DNA from: an uncultured Gemmatimonadales bacterium
GTDB taxonomy: Bacteria > Gemmatimonadota > Gemmatimonadetes > Gemmatimonadales > GWC2-71-9
Assembly: GCA_963748815.1 (NCBI GenBank)
Contig: CAVVKJ010000005.1
Location: 288,001-352,000, forward strand
DNA: 64,000 nt
Direction of reading: 5' to 3'
This document shows, piece by piece, positions 8,156-18,207 of this stretch (position 1 is its first letter; every line of letters starts with the position of its first letter). Both the position numbers and the translations under genes were made by a program. Below the pieces are notes generated by a model. The model saw only the letters and a list, made by a program, of their open reading frames with translations. It was not told the origin of the DNA and searched no databases.

Positions 8156-10774
8156 ATGTCCACTACGCCATCCTGGACCGCGGGCGTCGTCCGCGAAGTC
8201 CTGCCGAACGGCCTCACGCTGCTCGCCCAGCGCGATCCTTCCGCCCCTGCCGTGGCGGTCGTCACCCACGTGAAAGCGGGCTTTTTCGACGAACCCGATC
8301 GGTGGGCGGGGATCAGCCACGTCCTCGAGCACATGTTCTTCAAGGGGACGCCGACGCGCGGCGTGGGTGAAGTGGCGCGGCAGACCAAGGCGGCGGGCGG
8401 GTATCTCAACGCGGGCACCGCCTACGACTACACCACCTACTATGTGACGCTTCCCGCCGAGGCACTCGAAACGGCGCTCGACATCCAGGCCGACGCATTG
8501 CAGCACGCCACGCTGGACCGCGACGAACTCGCCCGCGAACTGCAGGTGATCATCCAGGAGGCGAAGCGGAAGCTCGATTCGCCGGGGTCGCTGGCGCACG
8601 AGACGCTGCACGAGGTGCTATTCGACCGGCACCGGATCCGGCGGTGGCGGATCGGGACGGAGGAGGCGCTGGCGGGCTTCACGCGCGAGGATGTGGCGGG
8701 ATACTACGGCTCGCGCTACGTGCCGGACCGCACCATCGTGGCCATCGTGGGCGACGTCGACCCCGCGGAGGCGCTCCGCGCCGCGCGGGCGCGCTACGCC
8801 GCCTGGCCGGCACGCGTCGCCGGCCGCGATCCGTCGCCCGCGGAGCCGGCGCGGCACGATGTCCGCGCCCGCACGCTCCGCGGCCCCATCGCCCTCGCGC
8901 AGCTGGCGCTCGGCTGGCGCACGGTGCCGCCGCTGCATCCGGACGCGCCCGCGCTCGATCTCGCGGCTGCGGTGCTGGGCAGCGGGCGCGGATCGTGGTT
9001 GTACCGTGGCGTCCGCGCGCCGGGGCTCGCCACCGGCGTTTCGGCGTACCACTACTCACCCACCGAGGTCGGGGTGTTCAGCATCGGGGCGGAGCTCGAG
9101 CCGGAGCGGCTTCCGGCCGCTCTCGATGAAATTGCGAAAGCGGTGCTGGCGCTCCGGAGCGGGGGGCCGACCGACGCAGACATCGAGCGCGCTCGCGCCC
9201 TCCTGCTGACCCGATTGGGGCGCCAGCTCGAGACGATGGATGGGCGCGCAAGCGCCCTCGCGTCGGCGGAGGCCCTGCGCGACATCGGTCTGCTCGATGA
9301 GGAGTTTGCCCAGCTCGCCGCCGTGACCGCCGCCGACGTCCAGCGCGTCGCGGAGTTGTACCTGCGGCCGGACAGCGTCGGCGCGGTGGCGTACCTGCCC
9401 GAGGAGCGTGGCGCCGATCTCTCCGCGGCCGCGCTCGGCGCGGCCTTCGGCAAGCCGGTCGGTGCGCGCGCCGTTCCCGCCGCCCAGCCGGTTCCGGTCG
9501 CCCGCAGCGTCAATGGCCGCCCGCAGGGCCGGACCACCGCGGGCGTCCTGCACGTGGCGCTCGAGGGCGCCGATCTCCTCGTGCGCCGGAAGCCGGGCGT
9601 GCCGGCGGTGTCGCTCGGCCTGTACGTCGCGAGGGGCGGTACTGAATTGCCCGCGGAGGCGGGGCTGGGCTCGCTGGCGCTCCGCAGCGCCATTCGGGGC
9701 GCCGGGGCATACGACGCGGAGCAGCTTGCCCTCGCCTTCGAGCGGCTGGGCGGGAGCCTCGGCGCATCGGCCGCCACCGACTGGCTCGGCATGGGGACGA
9801 GCGTGATGTCCGCGCGACTGGCCCCGGCGGCCGCGCTGCTGCGACTGGCGCTGGAGGAACCCCACCTGGCGGCGGCGGAGGTGATCCGCGAGCGCGAGCT
9901 GATGATGGAAGAGGCGCGCCAGGTGGCCGACGACACCTTCCGCTATCCGTTCCAGCTCGCCTTCCGCGGCGCGTTCGGCGAAACCGCCTACGGGTTGCCC
10001 GCCAACGGGCTCGAAGAAACCCTCCGGGACATCGTTCCGGCGCGCGTGGCGGAGTGGCATCGCGCCGCGGTGCGTGGCCAGCGTCTCACCGTGGTCGCGG
10101 TCGGCGATCTTGAACCGGAGCGCGCCGCGGATGAGCTGGCCGCCGTCTTCCGCGACTGGCAGAGCGCCTCGCAGGCTCCGCTCTCACCGCTCCGTTGGGA
10201 GCCGGGCAGTTCGCCGGTCGCGCAGGTGGTGCCCCTCGGCAAGGCGCAATCGGCATTCGCCATGCTGTTCCCCGGGCCGGGCCGTCGGGACTCCCGGCAC
10301 TACGCCGCGGAGGTGTGGGCCGCGGTCGCGAGCGGGCTCGGTGGACGGCTCTTCGACGCGCTGCGGGAGCGGCGCTCGCTGGCGTACACCGTTCTCGCCT
10401 TCGCCTGGCCGCGGCTCCGGGGCGGCGCGCTCGGCACCTACATCGCCATGGCGCCGGAGCGGGAGGTCGAGGCGCGGGAAGCGATGCTGGCGGAGCTGGC
10501 GCGGTTCGCGGACGAGCCGGTCACGCCGGACGAATTGCGCGGCGCCATCGGCTACCTTGCGGGGCAGGCGGCGGTCCAGCGCCAGAGCGCCGGCCACCTG
10601 CTGTCGGAAATCGTGGACGCGTGGATGCTGGGGGCGGGGCTCGACGAGCTGGAGGATCCGGGGGCGCCGTATCATCGCGTGACGGCCGAGGCGGTCTGGG
10701 AGGTGGCGCGGGAGTCCCTGCGGCCGGAGCGCCGCGCCGAGGGGGTCGTGCGGGGCACCGGCGGCGGGCGCTAG
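8156..10774 (+). CDS. M16 family (pitrilysin/PqqL-like) zinc peptidase, two-module
   Basis: GISHVLEHMFFKGT (HxxEH) in the first half; the second M16 module lacks the motif; GGRLFDALRERRSLAY. Confidence 0.92.
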   Translation: MSTTPSWTAGVVREVLPNGLTLLAQRDPSAPAVAVVTHVKAGFFDEPDRWAGISHVLEHMFFKGTPTRGVGEVARQTKAAGGYLNAGTAYDYTTYYVTLPAEALETALDIQADALQHATLDRDELARELQVIIQEAKRKLDSPGSLAHETLHEVLFDRHRIRRWRIGTEEALAGFTREDVAGYYGSRYVPDRTIVAIVGDVDPAEALRAARARYAAWPARVAGRDPSPAEPARHDVRARTLRGPIALAQLALGWRTVPPLHPDAPALDLAAAVLGSGRGSWLYRGVRAPGLATGVSAYHYSPTEVGVFSIGAELEPERLPAALDEIAKAVLALRSGGPTDADIERARALLLTRLGRQLETMDGRASALASAEALRDIGLLDEEFAQLAAVTAADVQRVAELYLRPDSVGAVAYLPEERGADLSAAALGAAFGKPVGARAVPAAQPVPVARSVNGRPQGRTTAGVLHVALEGADLLVRRKPGVPAVSLGLYVARGGTELPAEAGLGSLALRSAIRGAGAYDAEQLALAFERLGGSLGASAATDWLGMGTSVMSARLAPAAALLRLALEEPHLAAAEVIRERELMMEEARQVADDTFRYPFQLAFRGAFGETAYGLPANGLEETLRDIVPARVAEWHRAAVRGQRLTVVAVGDLEPERAADELAAVFRDWQSASQAPLSPLRWEPGSSPVAQVVPLGKAQSAFAMLFPGPGRRDSRHYAAEVWAAVASGLGGRLFDALRERRSLAYTVLAFAWPRLRGGALGTYIAMAPEREVEAREAMLAELARFADEPVTPDELRGAIGYLAGQAAVQRQSAGHLLSEIVDAWMLGAGLDELEDPGAPYHRVTAEAVWEVARESLRPERRAEGVVRGTGGGR

Positions 10775-11229
10775 AACATCGACATCGCAAGAATGGAGCG
10801 GAGGTTGTCGTTGGTAGCGCGGAGCCGGATGGAGAGCAGGCGCACCATGGCGCGCAGGACCTTGCCGGCGAGCTCGGGGTCGAGGTCCAGCACGATCTCG
10901 AGGTCGGCCCGGCTGATGGTCAACAGGCGGCAGCCCCCGTTGCTGATGGCGTCGGTCGAGCGCTCGGAGCGGTCGAACACGGCCATTTCGCCGAAGCAGG
11001 CACCCGGCTTCAGGATGGCCAGCGCCTCCTCTCCGCTGCCGGGGATGTCGCGGCTGATGCGGACGTCGCCCTCGAGGATGAGAAAGAGCCGGTTGCCGGG
11101 CTCCCCCTCCTTGAAAATCGTCTGGCCCGGGTGATAGCTCTGTTCCCTGCAGGTCTCGGCGATCTTGGCGAGCTCGTCGTCGTCCAGCGTGGCGAAGAGC
11201 GCGACCTGGCGAAGCAGCGGCTGGTGCAT
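10771..11229 (-). CDS. stand-alone cyclic nucleotide-binding domain protein
   Basis: IFKEGEPGNRLFLILEGDVRI...GACFGEMAVFDRSERSTDA; no HTH domain. Confidence 0.9.
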   Translation of the reverse strand: MHQPLLRQVALFATLDDDELAKIAETCREQSYHPGQTIFKEGEPGNRLFLILEGDVRISRDIPGSGEEALAILKPGACFGEMAVFDRSERSTDAISNGGCRLLTISRADLEIVLDLDPELAGKVLRAMVRLLSIRLRATNDNLRSILAMSMF

Positions 11230-11258
11230 GGGCGTCTCGTGGCTCGAAGGGAGAGGAG

Positions 11259-11807
11259 ATGACCGAAGCTAGGCCCGATGCCAACGGCGAGCAAGCGCGC
11301 CGCAGCCGGTTTACGGTGGCGGATTTCTTCACTGTCCTCCGCCTGCCGCTGGCCGTCGCCTTTCCGCTGGTGAGCGACGGCTGGCGCCTCGTCGTGCTGG
11401 CGGTGGCGGCGGGATCCGACCTGCTCGACGGCTTCCTCGCGCGGCGCATCGGCAGCTCACGCTTTGGCCCTGTCATCGACCCGGTGGCCGACAAGCTCTT
11501 CATGGCCGTGGCGTTCGGCACCGTGCTCTTTTCCGGGCAACTCGCCTGGTGGGAATTGCTGGGTGTCCTGGCGCGTGACATCGCCGCGAGCGCCGCGTTC
11601 TTCATCACCGGCGTCCGGGGGCGGGCCAGCGCCATCCCGGCCCGCGCCGGCGGCAAGGCGGTCACGGTGCTGCAAGTGGCCACGCTCTTTGCCTTCGTCC
11701 TCGGCTCGCCGCTCCTTCGCCCACTCGCGTGGGCCACGGCTGCCGTCGCCTTGTACGCCATCTGGGATTACACCCGGGCGGCGGCGACCTCCTCACGACC
11801 ACTCTAG
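11259..11807 (+). CDS. CDP-alcohol phosphatidyltransferase family protein
   Basis: DLLDGFLARRIG...FGPVIDPVADK signature. Confidence 0.9.
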   Translation: MTEARPDANGEQARRSRFTVADFFTVLRLPLAVAFPLVSDGWRLVVLAVAAGSDLLDGFLARRIGSSRFGPVIDPVADKLFMAVAFGTVLFSGQLAWWELLGVLARDIAASAAFFITGVRGRASAIPARAGGKAVTVLQVATLFAFVLGSPLLRPLAWATAAVALYAIWDYTRAAATSSRPL

Positions 11808-11817
11808 GAACCGTCCC

Positions 11818-12234
11818 ATGACTGCCGCACCAGAAACCAAGCAGGTCACCCTTCGCTGGCTCGACGAGCTCCGCTTCGAGGGAGGGGAGCCCGGCGGCCC
11901 GCAAGTCCTCATCGACGCCGACAATGTCCAGTCCCCCGGACCGATGCTGCAGCTGCTCCTAGCCGCCGGCGCCTGCAGCGGGGCGGACGTCGTCTCGATC
12001 CTGAAGAAGATGCAGGTCCAGCTCGCGTCGGTGGAGATCGCCATGTCAGGCGTCCGGCGCACCGAGCACCCGAGGCGGTACACCGCCATTCATTACGCCT
12101 GGACCATCCGCGGCGCGGGCGTCGACGAGACCAAGGCGCGGCGCGCCATCGACCTCTCGATGGAGAAGTACTGTTCCGTTCTCCACTCGCTGGCCCCCGA
12201 CATCGCGACGAGCTATGCCCTTACCCTGGTCTAG
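11818..12234 (+). CDS. OsmC/YhfA family protein
   Basis: PGPMLQLLLAAGACSGADVVSILKK...AIDLSMEKYCSV. Confidence 0.9.
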   Translation: MTAAPETKQVTLRWLDELRFEGGEPGGPQVLIDADNVQSPGPMLQLLLAAGACSGADVVSILKKMQVQLASVEIAMSGVRRTEHPRRYTAIHYAWTIRGAGVDETKARRAIDLSMEKYCSVLHSLAPDIATSYALTLV

Positions 12235-12703
12235 GGGCCTCGTCCTGCTGGCGCTGGCCGGCGGGGTGGGCGCCTCGCCGCTCGCGGGGCAGGGGGGCGC
12301 GGTCCGGGAACTGGGGGCGGAGGCGGTGGCCACCGGGTCCGATCCCGCGACCTACACCGGCGGCGTCACCGCGTCGATCCGGCCGAGCGTGCGGACCCGC
12401 ATCGGACTTTATGCGGGGGGCGGGGTGAACGGTGATGGGGAGGGGGTGGGGCGGGCGGAACTGCTCGGCCAGTTCCTGCTCAATCCACGGAGCACGCACC
12501 TCGGGTTCTACGCCGGCGGGGGGCTGGCCGGGGCGTTCGCCAGCGGCGCGGCCAACGGGTACCTCGTGCTGCTGGTGGGGCTGGAGAGCCGCCCTGGCGG
12601 GACCGGCGGGTGGTTTGTCGAAGCGGGGGTGGGCGGGGGCGCGCGGGTTGCCGCCGGATACCGGTGGCGAAAACTCCCGCCGGGCTGGCGGGCGGAGCGT
12701 TGA
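12215..12703 (+). CDS. hypothetical exported protein, possible small beta-barrel
   Basis: Signal peptide (LAG|QG) and alternating Gly/aromatic strands ending AAGYRW. Confidence 0.55.
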   Translation: MPLPWSRGLVLLALAGGVGASPLAGQGGAVRELGAEAVATGSDPATYTGGVTASIRPSVRTRIGLYAGGGVNGDGEGVGRAELLGQFLLNPRSTHLGFYAGGGLAGAFASGAANGYLVLLVGLESRPGGTGGWFVEAGVGGGARVAAGYRWRKLPPGWRAER

Positions 12704-12709
12704 TGCCAA

Positions 12710-12738
12710 ACCGCCCCGGGAGCGTGTCCCGGGGCGGT
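12710..12738. terminator. hairpin between convergent genes
   Basis: ACCGCCCCGGGA-GCGTG-TCCCGGGGCGGT, a 12-bp stem. Confidence 0.7.
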
Positions 12739-12743
12739 GTGTG

Positions 12744-13016
12744 CTACTCGGCGGATCCGCTGCCGACGGTCTCGGCCTGGCGCTGCACCACGGGCCGACA
12801 GTACCGCTCGCCGAGGAGGCGGAGGTTGGCGCGATCCTCTTCCGCGAGGTCGGGATAGCGCTCTGTCAGATACTGCATGGTGTCGTCGAACCAGTCCTTC
12901 TGGTGTTCGAGCTCGGCTTCCATCACGCCGCACCGAAGGATGTGGCTGAAGAGTTCGTCGCGCGCCTGGTCGAACGAGGCGGGCGGCGCCGACCGCGGGG
13001 TCTTTTTCTTGGTCAT
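12744..13016 (-). CDS. small hypothetical protein
   Basis: GAGGAAGG RBS; non-shadow composition (FDQARDELFSHILRCGV). Confidence 0.7.
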   Translation of the reverse strand: MTKKKTPRSAPPASFDQARDELFSHILRCGVMEAELEHQKDWFDDTMQYLTERYPDLAEEDRANLRLLGERYCRPVVQRQAETVGSGSAE

Positions 13017-13220
13017 GCACCTTCCTCTGGGTGGAACTCGGCCCCGGTATCAAATGCGCCGGGCGTGCTGAAACATAACAGGGGACGGGGTGAATTCGCA
13101 AAGGTTTCGGCCCGAGCGCTGGGCCTGTAATCCATTACATTCCAGTCGGTTGATGCCGCTGGCCGGCTCGCCGGCCCGCCCGTTCGCGACACCGTGTGAC
13201 TCATTTGAGGACGACCTCCC

Positions 13221-13904
13221 ATGGCTGGATCCACCTCCCTGAACCGCTTCTATCTCATCTTGCTGGCCGTCGCGGTTGTCGGCGGCGGGCTGCTCTTCCG
13301 GCAGGTGCGCCGCGGGGGCCCAACGATCTCCCCCGATGTCGTGGTGACGGTGGCCGACACCGCGGGGTTCTCGGGCTACTACCTCGGGAATCCGAACGCC
13401 CCGGTCGTCATTACCGAGTACGCGGACTACCAGTGTCCCGCCTGCCAGAGTTTCGACATGGTCCAGTTTCCCGACATCGTTCGGCAGATGATCGAGACCG
13501 GCCAGGTCCGGTGGCGGTACCGGGACTTCCCGCTGAACATGCACCCCTTCGCCTGGCTGGCCGCGCACTCCGCCGCCTGTGGCGACGACCAGGGCAAGTA
13601 CTGGCCGCAGCACGCCGCGATTTACCAGGGCCAGGGAAACTGGTCGCGCGAGACGGAGCCGTCGGGGACATTCCGCGATTACGCGGAGCGGAACGGACTC
13701 GACATGAAGGCCTACGATGCCTGCATGCAGTCGGCGAAGTTCGCGGGCCGCATCAAGGCGAGCTATGAGGAGGGGGCGGCCGCCGGGGTGGGTGGCACGC
13801 CGACCTTCTTCGTCAACGGGCGCCTCTTCAACGGCACCTCGTCGTCCGACGCGCTCAAGCGCATCGTCGACTCGCTGGCTCCGGCGCCCGCCCCGGCGCC
13901 ATGA
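13221..13904 (+). CDS. DsbA family thiol:disulfide oxidoreductase (membrane-anchored)
   Basis: EYADYQCPAC, YRDFPL, GVGGTPTFFVNG; N-terminal TM helix. Confidence 0.9.
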   Translation: MAGSTSLNRFYLILLAVAVVGGGLLFRQVRRGGPTISPDVVVTVADTAGFSGYYLGNPNAPVVITEYADYQCPACQSFDMVQFPDIVRQMIETGQVRWRYRDFPLNMHPFAWLAAHSAACGDDQGKYWPQHAAIYQGQGNWSRETEPSGTFRDYAERNGLDMKAYDACMQSAKFAGRIKASYEEGAAAGVGGTPTFFVNGRLFNGTSSSDALKRIVDSLAPAPAPAP

Positions 13905-14326
13905 AGTATCGGATGGGGGTGGCGCTCCTCAGCCTGACCGGCGTCCTGATTTCCGCCTACCTCTGGATGTTCAAGCACGGCTACATCGGGTCCCTCGCCT
14001 GCGGCAGCGGCGAGTGCGCCACCGTCCAGCTCAGCGAATACAGCAGTTTCCTCGGCGTGGACGTGGCGCTCCTCGGGGCGCTGGCGTACCTCGCCCTGCT
14101 GGGCCTGGCGATGCTCGGCCTCCAGCCGGCCTGGCTGGACCGCCGGGAGCCGACCCGCGGCATCCTGCTGCTCGCCGGCGGCGGGGTGCTCTTTGCCGGC
14201 TACCTGACCTGGCTGGAGTTGTTCGTGATTCACGCCATCTGCCGCTGGTGCGTCGGATCGGCGGTGATCATCGTGCTGGTCCTGACGCTCGCGACGCTCG
14301 ACCACCGCCGCCTGGCCCGCCGCTGA
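13901..14326 (+). CDS. vitamin K epoxide reductase (VKOR) family protein
   Basis: LACGSGECATVQLSEYS and AICRWCV motifs; ATGA overlap with dsbA. Confidence 0.92.
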   Translation: MKYRMGVALLSLTGVLISAYLWMFKHGYIGSLACGSGECATVQLSEYSSFLGVDVALLGALAYLALLGLAMLGLQPAWLDRREPTRGILLLAGGGVLFAGYLTWLELFVIHAICRWCVGSAVIIVLVLTLATLDHRRLARR

Positions 14327-14327
14327 G

Positions 14328-16262
14328 ATGAGCGCCCCCGACGACGCCGGCCACGCCCAGAAGGCAGGGCTCACCGCTCTCGCGCTCGGGGCTCTCGGCG
14401 TCGTCTACGGGGACATCGGCACCAGCCCGCTCTACGCCATGAAGGAGGCATTCACCGGGGCGCACGGCCTGCCTCCGACGCCCGAGAATGTCTACGGTGT
14501 CCTCTCCCTCATCTTCTGGTCGCTCAACTTCGTCATTTCGTTCAAGTACATCGGCTTCGTGATGCGGGCCGACAACCGGGGCGAGGGGGGGATCATCGCC
14601 CTCCTCGCCCTGGTCCGCTCCAGGAAGGCCACCGGACGAGGGCAGGCGATCCTCGTGGGGCTCGGCCTGCTCGGCGCGGCGCTCCTGTATGGCGAGGGGA
14701 TCATCACCCCCGCTATCAGCGTCCTCGGCGCCGTCGAGGGCATCGCGGTGGCGTCGCCGACCTTCGCGCACTTCGTGGTGCCGGTCGCGCTGGTCATCCT
14801 GGTCGGGTTGTTCTGGTTCCAGCACCACGGCACCGACCGGATCGGGAAGGCATTCGGGCCGATCATGGTGGTCTGGTTCCTCGTGATCGCCGTCCTCGGG
14901 GTCCGGGGCATCACCCTGCACCCGGAAGTGCTGCGCGCGGTGAACCCCTGGTATGCGGTGGAGTTCTTCATCAACGACCGGCTGGAGGGGTTCCTGATCC
15001 TCGGCGCGGTGGTGCTGGTCATCACCGGCGGCGAGGCGCTCTACGCCGACATGGGCCACTTCGGGCGCAGGCCGATCCGACTGGCGTGGTTCGCCTTCGC
15101 CCTGCCGGCGCTGCTGCTGAACTACTTCGGGCAGGCGGCCCTGCTGATCCAGAGCCCCGGCGTCGAGAATCCCTTCTTCGCGCTGGCGCCGCAGTGGTTC
15201 CTCTACCCGACCATCGCGATCGCGACGCTCGCCGCCATCGTGGCGTCGCAGGCGCTGATTTCCGGGGCGTTTTCCCTGACCCGCCAGGCGGTGCAGCTCG
15301 GCTACAGCCCGCGCGTGACGATCGTGCACACCTCGCGCACCGAGGCGGGGCAGATCTACATCCCCGAGGTCAACCAGGCGCTCGCCGTCGGGTGCATCCT
15401 GCTGGTGCTCGGCTTCCGGAGCGCCACCAACCTGGCGGCGGCGTACGGCATCGCGGTCACCGGCACCATGGCCATCTCCACGCTGCTCTTCTTCCGCGTG
15501 GCGCGTGACCTCTGGCACTGGAAGTTGATCGCCGCCGCCACGCTGTGCGGCGTCTTCCTGATCGTGGACCTGTCGTTCTTCGGGGCCAACGTCATCAAGT
15601 TCGCCGACGGCGGATGGTTCCCGATCGCGGTCGCCGCCGTCGTCTACACGCTGATGACGACCTGGAAGCGCGGGCGGGCCAAGCTCACCTCCCTCACCCA
15701 GCAGACCAGCCTCCCCATCGACCTCTTCCTGGCCGACGTGGCCAAGCGGCCCCCGGTCCGGGTGCCCGGCACGGCGGTCGTCCTCACCTCCACGCTGGAC
15801 ATCGCGCCGCCCGTCCTGCTGCACCACCTGAAGCACAACAAGGTCCTGCATCAACGGGTCATCCTCCTCTCCATCGTGACGGAGGAGGTGCCGCAGGTGT
15901 CGGCCGCAGACCGGGTCGAGTCCCGCGAACTTGGCGAGGGGTTCTGGCGGGTGGTGGGGCACTACGGCTTCATGGAGAGCCCGGATGTGCCGGCGTTCCT
16001 CACCCGGCTCGGCGAGTCAAGCATCCCGGGGTCCCCGGAGCCGGTCTTCCTCACCCAGACCTCGTTCTTCCTCGGGCGGGAGACGCTGATCGCCACGCCG
16101 CGCGGCAAGCTGCCGAAGCGGCTCCCCGGTGACCCGCGGCCGATGCCGTACTGGCGCCGCAGGCTGTTCATCATCATGACGCGCAATGCGCAGTCCGCCG
16201 CTGCCTTCTTCGGGCTGCCGCCGAACCGGGTCGTCGAATTGGGAGCGCAGATCCAGATCTGA
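14328..16262 (+). CDS. kup: potassium transporter Kup (copy 1)
   Basis: GVVYGDIGTSPLY, RADNRGEGG, GGEALYADMGHFG, NRVVELGAQIQI. Confidence 0.96.
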   Translation: MSAPDDAGHAQKAGLTALALGALGVVYGDIGTSPLYAMKEAFTGAHGLPPTPENVYGVLSLIFWSLNFVISFKYIGFVMRADNRGEGGIIALLALVRSRKATGRGQAILVGLGLLGAALLYGEGIITPAISVLGAVEGIAVASPTFAHFVVPVALVILVGLFWFQHHGTDRIGKAFGPIMVVWFLVIAVLGVRGITLHPEVLRAVNPWYAVEFFINDRLEGFLILGAVVLVITGGEALYADMGHFGRRPIRLAWFAFALPALLLNYFGQAALLIQSPGVENPFFALAPQWFLYPTIAIATLAAIVASQALISGAFSLTRQAVQLGYSPRVTIVHTSRTEAGQIYIPEVNQALAVGCILLVLGFRSATNLAAAYGIAVTGTMAISTLLFFRVARDLWHWKLIAAATLCGVFLIVDLSFFGANVIKFADGGWFPIAVAAVVYTLMTTWKRGRAKLTSLTQQTSLPIDLFLADVAKRPPVRVPGTAVVLTSTLDIAPPVLLHHLKHNKVLHQRVILLSIVTEEVPQVSAADRVESRELGEGFWRVVGHYGFMESPDVPAFLTRLGESSIPGSPEPVFLTQTSFFLGRETLIATPRGKLPKRLPGDPRPMPYWRRRLFIIMTRNAQSAAAFFGLPPNRVVELGAQIQI

Positions 16263-16264
16263 CC

Positions 16265-18199
16265 ATGACCTCTCACGACAATCGACCGGGGCATGATCAT
16301 GGCACACGGCTGGGCGCGCTGGCGCTCGGCGCCCTCGGCGTGGTCTACGGCGACATCGGAACGAGCCCGCTCTACGCCCTGAAGGAGGCGTTCACCGGGA
16401 CACACGGTCTCTCTCCGACCCCCGCCAACGTGTTCGGCGTCCTCTCGCTGGTTTTCTGGTCGCTCAACTTCGTCATCTCGTTCAAGTACATCGCCTTCGT
16501 GATGCGGGCCGACAACCGGGGGGAGGGGGGTATTCTGGCCCTCCTGGCGCTGGTGCGTGCCCGCGAGTCGGGCGGACGCGGTCAGGCGGTCCTGGTCATG
16601 CTGGGACTCTTCGGCGCGGCGCTCCTCTACGGCGACGGGGTCATTACGCCGGCCATCAGCGTCCTCGGCGCCATCGAGGGGCTGGAGGTGGCCGCGCCGG
16701 CGCTCGCCCATGTTGTCGTGCCGCTCTCCGTCCTCATCCTGGTCGCGCTCTTCTCGGCCCAGCGGCACGGCACCGACCGGATTGGGAAGGCCTTCGGGCC
16801 CATCATGCTGGTCTGGTTTTGCTGCCTGGCGCTGCTCGGATTGCGGGGTATCGCCATGCATCCGGAAGTGCTCGGCGCGGTGAATCCCTGGCATGCGGTG
16901 CTGTTCTTCGTCGAGGACGGGTGGCGGGGTTTCCTGATCCTCGGCGCGGTGGTGCTGGTCGTGACCGGTGGCGAGGCGCTGTACGCCGACATGGGGCACT
17001 TCGGACGGCGCCCGATCCAGCTGGCCTGGTTCGGCGTCGCCCTGCCGGCGCTCCTCCTCAACTATTTCGGGCAGGCGGCCCTGCTCATCCAGACGCCCGG
17101 CGTGGAGAACCCGTTCTTCGCGCTGGTGCCGGCGTGGTTCCTCTACCCGATGGTCGTCATCGCCGCCCTGGCGGCGGTGGTGGCCTCCCAGGCCCTGATT
17201 TCGGGAGCGTTCTCGCTGACGCGGCAGGCGGTGCAGCTGGGGTACAGCCCCCGTGTGACGATCGTGCACACCTCGCGCACCGAGGTCGGGCAGATCTACG
17301 TCCCCGAGGTGAACCAGGCGCTGGCGGTGGCGTGTGTCCTCCTGGTCATCGGCTTCAAGAGTTCCACCAACCTGGCCGCCGCGTACGGCATCGCGGTCAC
17401 CGGCACGATGATCATCACGACCATCCTGTTCTATCGCGTGGCGCGCGACCGGTGGCACTGGAGCGTTCCGGTGGCGGGGACCCTCTGCGGGCTCTTTCTC
17501 GTGGTCGACCTGGCCTTCTTCGGGGCCAACATCATCAAGTTTGTCGATGGCGGGTGGTTTCCGATCGTCGTGGCGGCCGTGGTCTATACCCTGATGAGCA
17601 CCTGGAAGCGGGGGCGCGACAGGATCAGGGCGCTCGCCGACGAGTCGAGCCTTCCGATCGATCTGCTCCTCTCCGATTTTGCGGCGCATCCGCCGGTGCG
17701 GGTCCCCGGCACGGCCATTTTCCTGACTGCGGTCACCGGCATCGCCCCGTCGGTCCTGCTGCACCATCTGAAGCACAACCGGTCGCTCCACCAGCGGGTC
17801 ATCCTGTTGTCCATGGTCACGGAAGAAGTACCGCAGGTCGATGCGGCAGCTCGACTGGAATGCGCGGACCTGGGGCAGGGATGCTGGCAGGTGATCGGGC
17901 ACTACGGGTTCATGGAGACGCCGGATGTCCCGGCGCTGTTGATGCAGATGGGCGAGGTGGATTCACCGGGGGTGCCTGCCCGGGTGTTCCTGACCCAGTC
18001 CTCGTTCTACCTCGGGCGGGACACGCTCATCGCGACGCACGCGCCGCGGGCCAGGCGGAGCCCGGGAGCGCCCCGGCCGATGTCCTATTGGCGGCGCATC
18101 CTCTTCATCGTGATGTCCCGCAACGCGCAATCGGCGACGACGTTCTTCGGCTTGCCGCCGAACCGGGTCGTTGAACTGGGGGCCCAGATCCAGATTTAA
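16265..18199 (+). CDS. kup: potassium transporter Kup (copy 2, tandem paralog)
   Basis: Same motifs and same 644-aa length as copy 1. Confidence 0.96.
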   Translation: MTSHDNRPGHDHGTRLGALALGALGVVYGDIGTSPLYALKEAFTGTHGLSPTPANVFGVLSLVFWSLNFVISFKYIAFVMRADNRGEGGILALLALVRARESGGRGQAVLVMLGLFGAALLYGDGVITPAISVLGAIEGLEVAAPALAHVVVPLSVLILVALFSAQRHGTDRIGKAFGPIMLVWFCCLALLGLRGIAMHPEVLGAVNPWHAVLFFVEDGWRGFLILGAVVLVVTGGEALYADMGHFGRRPIQLAWFGVALPALLLNYFGQAALLIQTPGVENPFFALVPAWFLYPMVVIAALAAVVASQALISGAFSLTRQAVQLGYSPRVTIVHTSRTEVGQIYVPEVNQALAVACVLLVIGFKSSTNLAAAYGIAVTGTMIITTILFYRVARDRWHWSVPVAGTLCGLFLVVDLAFFGANIIKFVDGGWFPIVVAAVVYTLMSTWKRGRDRIRALADESSLPIDLLLSDFAAHPPVRVPGTAIFLTAVTGIAPSVLLHHLKHNRSLHQRVILLSMVTEEVPQVDAAARLECADLGQGCWQVIGHYGFMETPDVPALLMQMGEVDSPGVPARVFLTQSSFYLGRDTLIATHAPRARRSPGAPRPMSYWRRILFIVMSRNAQSATTFFGLPPNRVVELGAQIQI

Positions 18200-18207
18200 G
18201 AAAATGG

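Noticed and set aside
13017..13220. c-di-AMP (ydaO) riboswitch upstream of the kup-containing operon
   Set aside because: I could not find the ydaO consensus elements; only a short palindrome is evident.
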